Below are positions 1 to 10,341 of a stretch of DNA of 64,000 nucleotides, piece by piece. Where the stretch lies: assembly GCA_035519565.1 (NCBI GenBank), contig DATIWD010000025.1, forward strand, positions 7,061 through 71,060, in the 5' to 3' direction. The notes beneath the pieces were generated by a model. It did not search any database and was not told the origin of the DNA. It was given only the letters and a program-made list of their open reading frames with translations. A program made the position numbers and the translations under genes. The DNA comes from Gemmatimonadales bacterium (GTDB lineage Bacteria; Gemmatimonadota; Gemmatimonadetes; Gemmatimonadales; GWC2-71-9). How positions within the stretch are numbered: position 1 is the first letter of the stretch; every line of letters starts with the position of its first letter.

Positions 1-68
1 GAGCTGCGGTAGAAGGCCCGGACGTCATGGGAGTCGGCGGTCGCTCTGGCGCCCGTCGCGGGGATGAT

Positions 69-536
69 CTACTTGAACCAGACGGTGGTCACCGGGATGC
101 CTTGCGCAGTCACGTTCACCAGAAGCGTGTCCATGCCCACACCGGTGTTGTCCTTGAACGTGTAGGTCCCGACCTGCTGGCCCAGCGCCCCACTCGAAAC
201 CTGGTAGAGCGAGTCGATGCCATTGACGTGCTTCTGCTGGTAGGTGCCGTTATCGACCACGTGTGTCGGAGGGGCGCCTGCGATAGTCAAGTCCACCGCA
301 TAGGTCCCGTGATTCGTCGAAGTCTGTGTCAAGGTAAGTGTCCCAGTCGCATTCGGAGGCGTCACTGGGGCCCCACCTGCCTGCGCGATCGAAACCAGAT
401 CGTAGTTCCCCGAGAGATCGGGCCCGGGAGTTCCCCCTCCACCACCATTGTTGGATGTGGAGCTGCTACAGCCCGCAATGGACAGAGCCATACCGATGGT
501 CCCGAGGCCCAGCCGAACCAGGTCGCGCTGCCGCAT
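69..536 (-). CDS. hypothetical secreted lipoprotein
   Basis: Inside track ORF 69..797. The internal Met at 536 gives MRQRDLVRLGLGTIGMALSIAGCSS, i.e. a signal peptide plus lipobox (SIAG|C). The remainder is Gly/Thr-rich and looks beta-rich. The upstream 87 codons look like antisense noise. No family recognised. Confidence 0.55.
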   Translation of the reverse strand: MRQRDLVRLGLGTIGMALSIAGCSSSTSNNGGGGGTPGPDLSGNYDLVSIAQAGGAPVTPPNATGTLTLTQTSTNHGTYAVDLTIAGAPPTHVVDNGTYQQKHVNGIDSLYQVSSGALGQQVGTYTFKDNTGVGMDTLLVNVTAQGIPVTTVWFK

Positions 537-642
537 GGATGGTTCTCCAGTCGAGAGGGAGAGACGCGAAAAACCGCTCTCTACGGTAACCCGTCCAACG
601 AGAGCGGTCCAGAGCCCGGCAATTAATGAAATCTTGTGGCGA

Positions 643-1707
643 CTAGGGTCTGGAAGTTCGCGAATCGGCGGGCCGCGGGCGCCCAGTCCCGAGCGAGGCA
701 AGCGCGGTGCCGATATCCGGCAGCGGCAGCAGGTAGTCCACCGCCCCCCGCTCCAACGCGGCCCGCGGCATTCCGAACACCGCGCAGGTCTCGGCACTCT
801 CCGCGATCGTGGTCCCGCCGCTGGCCCGGATCAGGCTCAGTCCCTCCGCACCATCATACCCCATCCCGGTGAGCAACACGCCCAGCACCCGGCCGGGACG
901 GGCCTGATTGGCCGATTTCATCAGGACGTCCACGCTGGGCACGTGGCGACTCGAGCTGGCCTCACCACTGAGCAGGGTGACTAGCGAGCGGCTCAGCCGC
1001 AGGTGATACCCCGCCGGTGCGATCACCGCGCGACCCGGCCGCAACCGTTCTCCCTCTCCCGCCTCACCCACATCGATCCGGCAGACCCGATTGAGCCGTT
1101 CCGCGAAGGGCCGCGTGAATCCCGGTGGCATGTGTTGCACGATGACGATCGGGATCGGAAAGAGCAGGGAAAGCCGTTCCAGCACGCTCTGGACGGCGGC
1201 GGGCCCGCCCGTCGAGGCCCCGATCACGCAGACATCGTAACGCGCGGCATCGAGGGCGGCGTCGCTGGCTGCCGCGTGGGCAACCGGCGCGGGGTGAGCG
1301 GCGCCATCCTCGGGGGCCGGGCCCCAGGCCAGGAGTCGCTCTCGCAACTCGCGCCGGACCGCATCGAGATCGAGCAGGTCCAGCCGCGCCTTGTCGATGA
1401 AATCCACCGCCCCCATGGCCAGAGCATCGAGGGTCGCCTCGGCGCCAATCCGGGTGTGGGCAGAGATCATGATGACCCGAAGTGAACGCCGCCAGGCCAG
1501 CAGGGACCGCAGGACTTTGAGGCCATCCATCCCCTGCATCGCGACGTCCAGGGTGACCACGTCGGGCTCCACCTTGGGGATTCGCTCCAGGGCCTCGACC
1601 CCGCTGGCCGCAGTGCCGACCAACTGGATTTCCGGTTCCGACTGAAGCACTCTGGTCAGCGCCTTCCGGACGAAGGGGGAATCGTCAACGACGAAGACCC
1701 GGATCAT
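643..1707 (-). CDS. cheB: chemotaxis response regulator protein-glutamate methylesterase CheB
   Basis: Track ORF 643..2223 trimmed to MIRVFVVDDSPFVRK (ATG at 1707). REC domain followed by a CheB methylesterase domain (VIGASTGGPAAV, IVQHMPPGFT, GMGYDGAEG). The start overlaps the cheR stop as ATGA (1704-1707). Confidence 0.9.
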   Translation of the reverse strand: MIRVFVVDDSPFVRKALTRVLQSEPEIQLVGTAASGVEALERIPKVEPDVVTLDVAMQGMDGLKVLRSLLAWRRSLRVIMISAHTRIGAEATLDALAMGAVDFIDKARLDLLDLDAVRRELRERLLAWGPAPEDGAAHPAPVAHAAASDAALDAARYDVCVIGASTGGPAAVQSVLERLSLLFPIPIVIVQHMPPGFTRPFAERLNRVCRIDVGEAGEGERLRPGRAVIAPAGYHLRLSRSLVTLLSGEASSSRHVPSVDVLMKSANQARPGRVLGVLLTGMGYDGAEGLSLIRASGGTTIAESAETCAVFGMPRAALERGAVDYLLPLPDIGTALASLGTGRPRPADSRTSRP

Positions 1708-2558
1708 CCCGCGCTCCCATTGCCGTTGCTTCCCCAGCGCCGGCGATAGACCATCGCGCCCTCGAGATAGAGCGGCTCGAATGTGGGCGTCCGGTCGATC
1801 AGCGACTCCGCGTGCCCGAGAAAGAGGTACCCACCGGGGACCAGCGCCCGTTCCAGTCGAGCGATCAAGGCGGTAAAGGCATCGTCGGTGAAGTAGATCA
1901 GCATGTTCCGGCAGAAGATGGCGTGATAGACGCCCCAGGCCATGGCGGAGATCGGCGCCGCGAGATTGGCCTGAAAGAACCGCACTCCCTTGCGATACCG
2001 GTCCCGCAACCGGAACCGGCCGTCCACCTCGATGAAACAGTGATTCCGGGTCTCGGTGTCGCAGCTCCGGAGGGAGAGCGGCTCGTAGATCGCCCCGCGA
2101 GCCTGCATGATCCGTTGGGAGTTGAGATCGCAGGCATCGATCTCCCAGGAGAGTCCGTTCAACCCCAAGCCCGCATCGACCAGCTTCACCACCAGCGAGT
2201 AAGGCTCCTCTCCCGAGGAGCATCCCGCCGAAAGGATCCGGAGCGGCGCCCCTCCCAGCGTGGGGGCGACCGAGGGAATGACGTGCTTGAGCAGGATCTC
2301 GAAGTGCTGTTGTTCCCGGAAGAAATAGGTCTCGTTGTTGGTGAGGCGGCGGGCCAGCTCGGCGAATTCCGTCTCGCGCTCAGGGTGCAGGGTGAGGTAG
2401 TGGTAGTACTCGCGGAAGTCCTGGAGGTGCAGCGCGCGGAGGCGGGGCCGGATCCGGGCCTCGAGAATTTCCCGACGCGGACCATCGAACCCCAACCCGA
2501 ACCGCTCGGCCATCAGATCGGTCAGCAGCTTCCAGCCGGCGCCGTCGGGCCCGATCAT
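1704..2558 (-). CDS. cheR: chemotaxis protein methyltransferase CheR
   Basis: 284 aa. Contains NETYFFRE, the SAM-binding LRILSAGCSSGEEPYS and AIFCRNMLIYF, all typical CheR motifs. 4-nt overlaps with both neighbouring genes. Confidence 0.9.
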   Translation of the reverse strand: MIGPDGAGWKLLTDLMAERFGLGFDGPRREILEARIRPRLRALHLQDFREYYHYLTLHPERETEFAELARRLTNNETYFFREQQHFEILLKHVIPSVAPTLGGAPLRILSAGCSSGEEPYSLVVKLVDAGLGLNGLSWEIDACDLNSQRIMQARGAIYEPLSLRSCDTETRNHCFIEVDGRFRLRDRYRKGVRFFQANLAAPISAMAWGVYHAIFCRNMLIYFTDDAFTALIARLERALVPGGYLFLGHAESLIDRTPTFEPLYLEGAMVYRRRWGSNGNGSAG

Positions 2559-4573
2559 GACGCCTGGGCGATCGAACCGCCTTGCAAAGCCGATCGCGCG
2601 GTCTGCGCGACGATGGGTTCCACGTCCCGGGCGAGGTCCAGCAGGGTGCGACGGGCCGCGGGCAGCCCCAGGCGTCCCAGTCCCTGCCCCGCTTCGTTGC
2701 GCACCACCCAGTCGGGATCGTCGGCCAGGCGCTGCAGCAGGCCGAGATCGCTGTCGGTAGCCAGAGCCGCCAGGCCCTGCGCCGCGACCCGCCGGACCTC
2801 GGGATGCGAGACGTCCAGGCTTTCGAGGAGGAAGGGGCGGACCACCGGGCTCCGCAGGCGCACCAGCGCCGCCATCGCTTCCAGCTTCTCGTGAATCGGC
2901 GCGGTCTGGCAGAGCGCTTCGAGCGGGCGGATGGCCCGCGTGTCACCGATGCGGCCCAGCGCGCGGATCACGTGGTAGCGGAGCGAATCGCCGGTCTGGA
3001 GCAGAGCGAGCAAGGTGTCTACCACCTTCCCGCCGGGCCGGCGCAGCAGGAGCTCGAGCGCCTCCATCTGAATCGTGGACTCCCGGTCGGCCAGCGCGCG
3101 CAGCAGCAGCACCTCCGCCTTCGAGCCTTCGAGACCCGTGCACAGCCTGAGTGCGGCCCGGCGAATCGCCGGAGCGCGACTCTGGGCCAGCTGCAGGATC
3201 CGGTTGGCCAGCTTGGGGCACCGCTTTCCATCGAGAGCGCGGAGCGCGGCCAGCATCAGCTCCTCGGGCGAGCCGTCGCGCAGACAGGGGACCAGGGCCG
3301 CCTCCAGAGCAGAGGGGTCCATCCGCGCCAGCGCGGCGGACGCGGCGCTCCGCTCCTCCTCGGGGCCATCGGTCAGCAACCGGACCAGCGCGGGAATCGC
3401 CGCCGCGTCCGCCAGAGAGCCCAGGGCCTGGCAGGCGGCCGTGCGCACTTCGGCCGAGCGATCGCCCAGGCGCTCGGTGAGAGCGGGGAGGTCGGACGAG
3501 GAGAACGAGAGGCTGAGCAAGGCCCCGCGCCGGACGACGGGTTCCGAATGGGCGAGCAAGTGCAGGAGAGACAGCCGCAACACCGAGGGGTAGCGACGAG
3601 CCAGGGCCCCCACCCAGGCGGCGCCTTCCCGCTCGGCGGCCCACCGGACCACGTTGGGATACAGCTCGTCGAGCTCCGCCGCGATCACCAGGGCCGCGGC
3701 TGAGCGTACGGTCCCGTCGCCCCCTCGGGTGCGCTGCCGATCATCCTCGCGGACTGACATATCGGCTTCCGCACAAGGATCCTGCCCTCGGAGGATCCGG
3801 CCCAGAAAGGCGTACAGGCCCGACTCGGAGCCATCGGCCCGGATGCTGGGACCCGCGGGCGCGAGCGAGATGGGAGACGGTGCCCGCTCCAGCCCGGCGG
3901 CGATGGCCCGGAGCAACGAACAGCGAGGGCCGACCGGATCGGTCACCAGCAGGAGGTTGATCAGCGGGGCGACCGCTTCGGGCGCGCCGATCCGCGCCAG
4001 CGCGTCCATCGCCGGCTCGGCCAGCAGATCGTCGGTGGCCAGCTCGAGCAACGGAGGGACGGCGCGCGGGTCCTGCAGCGCACCCAGGGCGTCAATCGCC
4101 GCGAGCTGCAGCCAGGGTTCCCGCTGAAGCAGGTCCACCAGGACGGGGAGCGCCACCTGGGCCCGGATCCGTCCCAGCGCCTCCACCGCGGCCTGGGCTA
4201 CGTTCACATTGGCGTGGCCGACGAGCCGGAGCAGGGCTTCCGCGTTGGTCTCCGTTCCGATGTGGCCCATGATCAGGCAACCGAACATGGCCACGTCGGG
4301 GTCGATGTCCTCCAGCATCCGCTCGACCATGGCGATGGCATACGGGCCCTGCCGCTCCAGGGCGGAGAGCGCCGAGTTGCGGAGCGTGGCCTGGTCCTCA
4401 CGCGCCACCAGCCGGGCCAGGGTCTGTGGCTCGATGTGCCGCGCCGCCCAGGCGATCGCGGTCTCCCGGGTCTCGGGATGATCCGACTCGAGCCCCGAGA
4501 GAATCAGCTCCTCCCGGGTCGTGGAGTCAGAGGGGTTGAGACCGGCGAGTTGGCTCGCCAGTGAAGCGGTCAT
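2555..4573 (-). CDS. HEAT-repeat (PBS-lyase-like) protein in the che operon
   Basis: 672 aa made almost entirely of repeated units such as A..ALG.IGD.RA...L..LL (e.g. AIDALGALQDPRAVPPLLELA, VIRALGRIGDTRAIRPLEAL). Located between mcp and cheR, with an ATGA overlap onto cheR. Confidence 0.8.
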   Translation of the reverse strand: MTASLASQLAGLNPSDSTTREELILSGLESDHPETRETAIAWAARHIEPQTLARLVAREDQATLRNSALSALERQGPYAIAMVERMLEDIDPDVAMFGCLIMGHIGTETNAEALLRLVGHANVNVAQAAVEALGRIRAQVALPVLVDLLQREPWLQLAAIDALGALQDPRAVPPLLELATDDLLAEPAMDALARIGAPEAVAPLINLLLVTDPVGPRCSLLRAIAAGLERAPSPISLAPAGPSIRADGSESGLYAFLGRILRGQDPCAEADMSVREDDRQRTRGGDGTVRSAAALVIAAELDELYPNVVRWAAEREGAAWVGALARRYPSVLRLSLLHLLAHSEPVVRRGALLSLSFSSSDLPALTERLGDRSAEVRTAACQALGSLADAAAIPALVRLLTDGPEEERSAASAALARMDPSALEAALVPCLRDGSPEELMLAALRALDGKRCPKLANRILQLAQSRAPAIRRAALRLCTGLEGSKAEVLLLRALADRESTIQMEALELLLRRPGGKVVDTLLALLQTGDSLRYHVIRALGRIGDTRAIRPLEALCQTAPIHEKLEAMAALVRLRSPVVRPFLLESLDVSHPEVRRVAAQGLAALATDSDLGLLQRLADDPDWVVRNEAGQGLGRLGLPAARRTLLDLARDVEPIVAQTARSALQGGSIAQAS

Positions 4574-4581
4574 GGCGCGGT

Positions 4582-6069
4582 TCAGGTGCGGAAGGTTTCG
4601 ACCTGCTGGCGGAGCGACTCGGACTCGCTCGCGAGGTTTCGCGCGGCGCCGCTCATCTGCTCGATCGCCACCAGGTTCTGGCGGGAGACCATGGCGATGG
4701 ACTCGATCGCCTTGACGATCATGTCGCCGCCCCGCTTCTGCTCGCCTACCGCCTCCGACATCTGGTGGGTGAGCTGGTTCATCTTCTGCGCGGCGCTGGT
4801 GATCTCCCGAGCGCCGGAGGCGTTCTCCTTGACCGCCGTCGCGATCTGCCGGGTGAGGTTGGCCATGGTGCCGGCCATGTCCATCACGTCCCGGGCGCCG
4901 GCCGCCTGCTCTTCGGTGGCGATGGCCGCCTCGGTAATGAGCTGTGAGGTTTGATTGACCGAGCCCACGATCCCCGAGAGCACCCCTTCCATGAGCGAGA
5001 CCGCGGCCTGGGTTTCCTTCTGGACCCCGTCGATCACGCTGCTGATCTCCTGCGTGGCCTGAACCGAGCGCTCGGCCAGACGGCGGACTTCCTCGGCCAC
5101 GACCGCGAAGCCGCGGCCGGCGTCCCCGGCGCGTGCCGCCTCGATCGTGGCGTTCAGGGCCAGGAGGTTGGTCTGGTCGGCGATGTCTTCGATTACCCGC
5201 ACGATCTTCCCGATCTCCTGCGACCGCTCCGCGATCGCGGAGATGGAGCCGTGCAGCTTCTCCCCGCCCTCCTGAGCATCCGCGACGGACTGCTTGGAGA
5301 CTTCATCCACCTGGTGGACCCGGCTGGCGATCCCGCCCACCGTGTCGATCATGCTGGAGAGCGTGCCGGTCACCTGCTCCACCGACTTCAACAGGGTCTC
5401 GCCGTGCGATGCCGTCTGCCCCAGTACCGTACTCATCTGCTGAATCGAGGCAGCCGTCTGGTCCACGTTGGCGGTGAGGGATTCGGCGTTCTTGGTCAGG
5501 GCCTGCATCTGGGCCGCCATCTCCACCATGGTGGAAGAGGTCTCCTCGGTGGAGCTGGACTGCGCCTCGGCGCCCTTGGCCAGCTGGGTGGAGGAGGCAG
5601 AGATCTGTTCCGCGGAGGTCGCCACGGTGCGGGACGAAGTGGTGATCTGGCCCGCGATCGAACGCAGGTTCTTCACCATCTGCCGCATGCTGTGCTCCAG
5701 CCAGCCCACCTCATCACGCGAGCGGCTCCGGACGTCGAGGGTGAGATCTCCCTTGGAGATCTCTTCGGCGGCCATGCCCAGTGTCGTGAGCGGATCCGCG
5801 ATCAGGCGCGCCAGGCCGAAGGCCAGGATCACGCCCAGGACGCCGGCCGCCCCCAGCAGGAAGAGGATCGTGGTCCGGGCGCCGAGGTACAGCTGGTCGG
5901 GAGTCGCCCCCGCCGACTGTCCAAGGGCGACCGCTTCATGCATGCGGTCGAGTTGTCGGATCGCAAAGGCGCCCAGCACGCCGGTGATGATCAGCACGAG
6001 AGTGAAGCAGGTGATGATCTTGCGCCGGATGGTCCAGTCCCGGACCATTTGGAGGACTTGCTCGCTCAT
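4582..6069 (-). CDS. methyl-accepting chemotaxis protein (short periplasmic loop, HAMP + MA domain)
   Basis: 495 aa. Two N-terminal TM segments are separated by only about 35 aa. They are followed by a HAMP domain and a conserved signalling hairpin ([40 protein letters not shown]). Confidence 0.9.
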   Translation of the reverse strand: MSEQVLQMVRDWTIRRKIITCFTLVLIITGVLGAFAIRQLDRMHEAVALGQSAGATPDQLYLGARTTILFLLGAAGVLGVILAFGLARLIADPLTTLGMAAEEISKGDLTLDVRSRSRDEVGWLEHSMRQMVKNLRSIAGQITTSSRTVATSAEQISASSTQLAKGAEAQSSSTEETSSTMVEMAAQMQALTKNAESLTANVDQTAASIQQMSTVLGQTASHGETLLKSVEQVTGTLSSMIDTVGGIASRVHQVDEVSKQSVADAQEGGEKLHGSISAIAERSQEIGKIVRVIEDIADQTNLLALNATIEAARAGDAGRGFAVVAEEVRRLAERSVQATQEISSVIDGVQKETQAAVSLMEGVLSGIVGSVNQTSQLITEAAIATEEQAAGARDVMDMAGTMANLTRQIATAVKENASGAREITSAAQKMNQLTHQMSEAVGEQKRGGDMIVKAIESIAMVSRQNLVAIEQMSGAARNLASESESLRQQVETFRT

Positions 6070-6617
6070 GGGACGTTCGTCGCGTTGGAGTTCGAGTTGC
6101 CGTGGACCACGGCCTGGTCCAGGTCGAGGAGAATGAGCAGGCGCGACCCGAACCGGGCCACGCCCTTGATGTAGTCCGCGTTGGCGGCCAGGATGTCATC
6201 GGGCGGCGGTACCACGGCCTTCTCCGGCACCTTCACGACCTCAGCCACCGAGTCCACCAGGAGCCCCAGCGTTCGGCCCTGCGCGTCCGCCACCAGGACC
6301 CGTGAGGTGCTGGTGAGCTCCAGGACCGGCAGGCCGAGCCGGGTTCGAAGCTCGACCACCGGCAGGATCCGACCGCGGAGGTTCATGACGCCGCGGATAT
6401 GCGGCGGCGCCTGGGGAATCCGGGTGATGTCGCCTACGCGGACGATCTCCCGGATCTTGGCGATCGGTACCGCGAACTCTTCCTGGTCGAGCCGGAAGGC
6501 CACCAGGTGGAGCTCGCGATCCGCCTCGGCCTTCGGGGCCGCACTGGCGCCGAGCTGCAGCGCGTCGGCGAAGGCCAGGATGTCCGGCGGGGTCGGTTCC
6601 GATTTGAGCGTCGTCAT
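6066..6617 (-). CDS. cheW: chemotaxis coupling protein CheW
   Basis: 183 aa with a CheW-like domain ([32 protein letters not shown]). 4-nt overlap with the mcp start. Confidence 0.9.
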   Translation of the reverse strand: MTTLKSEPTPPDILAFADALQLGASAAPKAEADRELHLVAFRLDQEEFAVPIAKIREIVRVGDITRIPQAPPHIRGVMNLRGRILPVVELRTRLGLPVLELTSTSRVLVADAQGRTLGLLVDSVAEVVKVPEKAVVPPPDDILAANADYIKGVARFGSRLLILLDLDQAVVHGNSNSNATNVP

Positions 6618-6637
6618 GGCTGCTCGCTGCTGATCGC

Positions 6638-8323
6638 TTAGTGACGCGAGGCCGAAAGCTCGGCCCCATGCAGGTCTGCCAGCCTCACCGTGTCGAGGAT
6701 GCAGGCCACTTTCCCATCGCCCAGAATGGTCGCGGCGGAGACGCCAGCCGGGCGGCCTAGCACCGGGTCCAGCGCCTTGACCACCACCTCTTCGTGCCCC
6801 AACAGCCGGTCCACCAGCAACCCGCGATGCCGTGCCGCGGAGCGGAGCACCACGCAGTAGCGGCGTCCCCGCGGCTGCCCGCCCAGACCCAGCACCTGGC
6901 CCGCATCGGAGACCGGAATCACCGCTCCGCGCCAGAGCACCATGCCTCGCTGGGCCACCTCGTGGATCATGTCTGGGGCCATGCGCACCGTTTCCGCCAC
7001 GTCCGAGAGCGGGAGGGCGTAGCGCTCCTGTCCCACGGAGACCAGGAGCGAGGGCAGCACCGCCACGGTGAGCGGCAGGCGGAGGACGAAGGTCGTCCCC
7101 CGACCCGGCTCGCTGGTGACCTGGACGGTTCCACCCAGCGCGCGGATCGACCGCGCAACCACATCCAGTCCCACGCCCCTGCCGGACAGGCTGGACACCT
7201 GGTCCTCGGTCGAAAGTCCGGGGAGAAAGGCCAGGGCGTAGATCTCCTCGAGGCTCGGCGATTCGGCAGTCGGGGCGACCCCGAGCGCGCGGGCCTTCAA
7301 GAGGATCCGGTCGGGATCGAGACCCCGACCATCGTCTTCGACGGTGAGGAGCACCCGATCCGACTGTTGCCGCGCCGCCAGGGTGATCCGGGCCTCCTGG
7401 GGCTTACCCGATCGGGCCCGCTCGGCGGTGGGCTCGATCCCGTGGATCACCGCGTTGGTCACCAGGTGAACCAGCGGCTCGCTCAGGCGGTCGATCACGG
7501 TCTTGTCGAGTCGAGTCTCGCCGCCGGCCACTTCGAGGCGGACTTTCTTTTCGCGATCCCGGGCCAGGTCACGGACCAGACGGTTGAACCGGCCGAACAC
7601 CGAGGCGATCGGGACCAGCCGGGTCTGCATCAGGGCGCCTTCCAGGCGCTTCAGGGTCTTTTCCAGAGCGAGAGCGGAGAGCTCGAGATTGGCGATCTCT
7701 CCCACCGACCGTCGCAGGGGCGCGAGCGCACGCATGGCTTCCCGCATCCCGGCCTGGGCGATCATCACTTCACCGAAGCTTTCCAGCAGTGAATCCAGCC
7801 GGGCCGAGTCGACCCGCAGGGTGGTGATGGCCCCGTCGTTCCCGACCTCGCCCACGTCGCGCGTGGTGCGCCGATCGGTGGTCCGCCGGTCGCCGGTGCG
7901 CCGCTCGGTGACCGTCTCCGCGCTCTCCACGAACTGCCGCGCCTCGGCCAGATAGGAGTCGGCCTCGTTACCAGTCGCCGGGGCGGTCTCGGCTTCCTGA
8001 ATGAGATCCATCAGCAGCCCGGCGCCTCGCACCAACAGGCTGCCGGCGGAGCCACGAAGCTGCGGTTGCAGGGTGAGCTTCCCGCAGAGGTCCTCCAGAC
8101 CGTGGGCCAGCCCCTGAATGGCGCCGAGGCCCATCATGGCGGAGTTGCCCTTGAGGGTGTGCAGCTCGCCCTTGAGCGGAAGCAGCAGCTCGTCTCCCGG
8201 TTCGCCGTGCTCCCAGAACCGTTCCAGCCGCAGGCAGCGCTCGAGCACCGCTTCCGCCAAGGGGAGACACTCCGCCACGTACTCGCGGATCAACTCCCCA
8301 AAGGGGTTCTCCGCGGCACTCAT
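6638..8323 (-). CDS. cheA: chemotaxis histidine kinase CheA
   Basis: Track ORF 6638..8431 trimmed to MSAAENPFGEL (ATG at 8323, 1 nt after the upstream RR stop). Hpt domain (ELHTLKGNSAMMG), HATPase N box (HLVTNAVIHGIE), G1 (DDGRGLD), G2 (GRGVGLDVV) and a C-terminal CheW-like domain. Confidence 0.9.
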   Translation of the reverse strand: MSAAENPFGELIREYVAECLPLAEAVLERCLRLERFWEHGEPGDELLLPLKGELHTLKGNSAMMGLGAIQGLAHGLEDLCGKLTLQPQLRGSAGSLLVRGAGLLMDLIQEAETAPATGNEADSYLAEARQFVESAETVTERRTGDRRTTDRRTTRDVGEVGNDGAITTLRVDSARLDSLLESFGEVMIAQAGMREAMRALAPLRRSVGEIANLELSALALEKTLKRLEGALMQTRLVPIASVFGRFNRLVRDLARDREKKVRLEVAGGETRLDKTVIDRLSEPLVHLVTNAVIHGIEPTAERARSGKPQEARITLAARQQSDRVLLTVEDDGRGLDPDRILLKARALGVAPTAESPSLEEIYALAFLPGLSTEDQVSSLSGRGVGLDVVARSIRALGGTVQVTSEPGRGTTFVLRLPLTVAVLPSLLVSVGQERYALPLSDVAETVRMAPDMIHEVAQRGMVLWRGAVIPVSDAGQVLGLGGQPRGRRYCVVLRSAARHRGLLVDRLLGHEEVVVKALDPVLGRPAGVSAATILGDGKVACILDTVRLADLHGAELSASRH

Positions 8324-8324
8324 C

Positions 8325-8729
8325 TCAGTCGTTTCCCCGGGCGCCCGAGCCGGCGCCGGCCTTGGCCACCAGGGCCGCGAGCTGAGCGGGAGTGAATGGC
8401 TTGCGGAGATAGGCCCAGGCGCCGGCGGCAAGCCCGCGGGCTTCGTCGTCGGGGCTGTCCTCGGTGGTCACCAGGACAATCGGCGTCTCGAGGCGGAGGC
8501 CGGCTTCCCGGCGCTTGGCCAGGAATTCGAGTCCGTTCATCTCGGGCATGTTGAGATCGAGAAAGACCATCGCGATCTCGGGATGAGTGCTGTAAAGCGC
8601 GAAGCCTTCGCGCCCGTTGTAGGCGTGGAACACGCGACTGCCGCTCAGCTCGCCCTTGTTGAAGACCAGGCTGTACATCTGGTGATGGAGCTTCGAGTCA
8701 TCCACCACCAGGAAGGTCGGGGGCGTCAT
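8325..8729 (-). CDS. CheY-like single-domain response regulator
   Basis: 134 aa with REC features (LVVDDS, FLDLNMPEMNG, LRKPF). Overlaps the upstream RR by 4 nt. Confidence 0.85.
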   Translation of the reverse strand: MTPPTFLVVDDSKLHHQMYSLVFNKGELSGSRVFHAYNGREGFALYSTHPEIAMVFLDLNMPEMNGLEFLAKRREAGLRLETPIVLVTTEDSPDDEARGLAAGAWAYLRKPFTPAQLAALVAKAGAGSGARGND

Positions 8730-9112
8730 GCGTGGCGCTCCGTCGGCAGCAACCCCTTCAACGCCTCGCGGAGGTCCTGAGGCTTCCAGGGCTTGTGCAC
8801 CACCGTCGTGACCCCGAGGGCGCGAGCCTGGCGGACCAGGATCGAGTCGTCGGGTTCAGCGGTCGTCAGTACGATCGGAATGTTCTTGAAAGAGGGGCCA
8901 CGCTGCTGCAGTGCTTCGATGAACTGCACACCATCCATGTCCGGCATCCGGAGGTCGAGAAGGATCAGGTCGTACACGCTGCCCTTCGCGGCCAGGAGCT
9001 CCAACGCGGCGCGCCCATTCAGGGCACAGTCCAGCGTGTGGTCCCGGGCCATGAAGACCAGGCCATACATCTTCTGCACGAGCGGTGAATCCTCGACGAT
9101 CAGGATCCTCAT
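8726..9112 (-). CDS. CheY-like single-domain response regulator
   Basis: Track ORF 8726..9154 trimmed to MRILIVEDSPL (ATG at 9112). REC features (LLDLRMPDMDG, VHKPW). First gene of the che operon. Confidence 0.85.
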   Translation of the reverse strand: MRILIVEDSPLVQKMYGLVFMARDHTLDCALNGRAALELLAAKGSVYDLILLDLRMPDMDGVQFIEALQQRGPSFKNIPIVLTTAEPDDSILVRQARALGVTTVVHKPWKPQDLREALKGLLPTERHA

Positions 9113-9464
9113 GGCACCATGTCCCCGCGTTGAGCGGTGGATGGAAACCGGCACTCTGACTGCTCGATGGACCCGGGAAGCCTGCGGGGCTAAGGCCCGG
9201 GGTTGGACGGAAATGAGTCAAATGCCGGGCTCAATTCGGGGAGGGCGGCCCAACGGGGGCACGGAGGAGACGCCGGCGGGTGGTGGATGTCAGACAACGG
9301 CCTACAGAACAATGGCTTAGGGCCCTACAAGGGACCCCCTCCCTTGACCTGCCCAGAGGGGTAGAAACTCAGGTACTAGAGGAGGGCTACGGGAGCGTCA
9401 CTGTTCAAAAGGCGAGAGGGGAAGGCAGGATGCAACTGAGACTGCACTCGCGCCGCGCGAGTGC

Positions 9465-10304
9465 TCAAGCCATCGGCCGCAGGCTCAGGATGTGGCGCGC
9501 CTCCGCCGGAGTGGCAGGCCGGCGGCCGTAACGATCGCAGATCTCCACGATCTTGTTGACCAGGTCTGCATTGCTGGCCGCGAGTCGGGTTTGATCGTAG
9601 CGGATGTTGTCTTCGAGACCCGTGCGGCAGTGCCCGCCCGCTTCGAGGCACCACTGGTTTACCTCGAATTGGTGACGACCGAGTCCGGCCGCGACCCAGG
9701 TGGCATCCGGCAGGACTTCCTGCAGCTCCGAGCGCAGGAAATCGAAAATGCTTCTGCGAGCGGGGAGCGCGTTCTGGATCCCGAAGACGAACTGGACGTG
9801 GAGCGGGGCGCGGAGCAGCCCCTTCTTGAGCAGACTCGCGGCGTTGTAGAGCATGGCCAAATCGAACACCTCGATCTCGGGCTTCACCTCGAACTCGAGC
9901 ATGCTCCTGGCCAACCCCTCCACGAAGTCGGGCGGGTTCTCGTAAATGGTCGTGGGGAAATTCACCGAGCCGGTCGCCAGCGAGGCCATGTCGGGGCGGA
10001 GATAGAGCATCGCGCCCCGTTCGCTCTGCTGCCGACCGCGTCCCCCGGTCGAGAACTGGATGATCATCCCCGGGCAGTGCTTCGTGACGCCCGCCTGCAC
10101 CGCGGCGAAGCGCTCGGGATTCGAGCTGGAAGACTCGTCGTCGTTCCGGACGTGGATGTGAACCAGCGAGGCGCCGGCCTCGAAGGCCTGGTGGGTGGAC
10201 TCGATCTGCTCCGCGGGGGTAATGGGGACGGCGGGGTTGTCTTTCTTACGCGGCAGCGAGCCGGTGATGGCGACGGTGATGATCAGGGGCTGGGGCATGT
10301 CCAC
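9465..10304 (-). CDS. 3-keto-5-aminohexanoate cleavage enzyme family (BKACE / DUF849) protein
   Basis: 279 aa. The N-terminus LIITVAITGSLPRKKDNPAVPITPAEQ..A..AGASLVHIHVRN and the C-terminal GHCRTGLEDN are characteristic of the BKACE TIM-barrel family, recognised from memory. Confidence 0.75.
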   Translation of the reverse strand: MDMPQPLIITVAITGSLPRKKDNPAVPITPAEQIESTHQAFEAGASLVHIHVRNDDESSSSNPERFAAVQAGVTKHCPGMIIQFSTGGRGRQQSERGAMLYLRPDMASLATGSVNFPTTIYENPPDFVEGLARSMLEFEVKPEIEVFDLAMLYNAASLLKKGLLRAPLHVQFVFGIQNALPARRSIFDFLRSELQEVLPDATWVAAGLGRHQFEVNQWCLEAGGHCRTGLEDNIRYDQTRLAASNADLVNKIVEICDRYGRRPATPAEARHILSLRPMA

Positions 10305-10341
10305 AGATTACACCGATGGGTCCGCAGATTCCACAGAACCG

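Noticed and set aside
27-626. 199-aa + strand ORF at the window start
   Set aside because: It is antisense to the lipoprotein gene and has no motifs. The lipoprotein frame has a textbook signal peptide and lipobox.
1708-2223. N-terminal 172 aa of the 526-aa ORF containing cheB
   Set aside because: It overlaps cheR out of frame. The REC domain of CheB begins cleanly at the ATG at 1707.
9113-9464. Search for a sigma-54 or sigma-70 promoter upstream of the che operon
   Set aside because: There is a TGGCAC-like string on the wrong strand and a TTGACC with no correctly spaced -10 element. Nothing was convincing enough to annotate.
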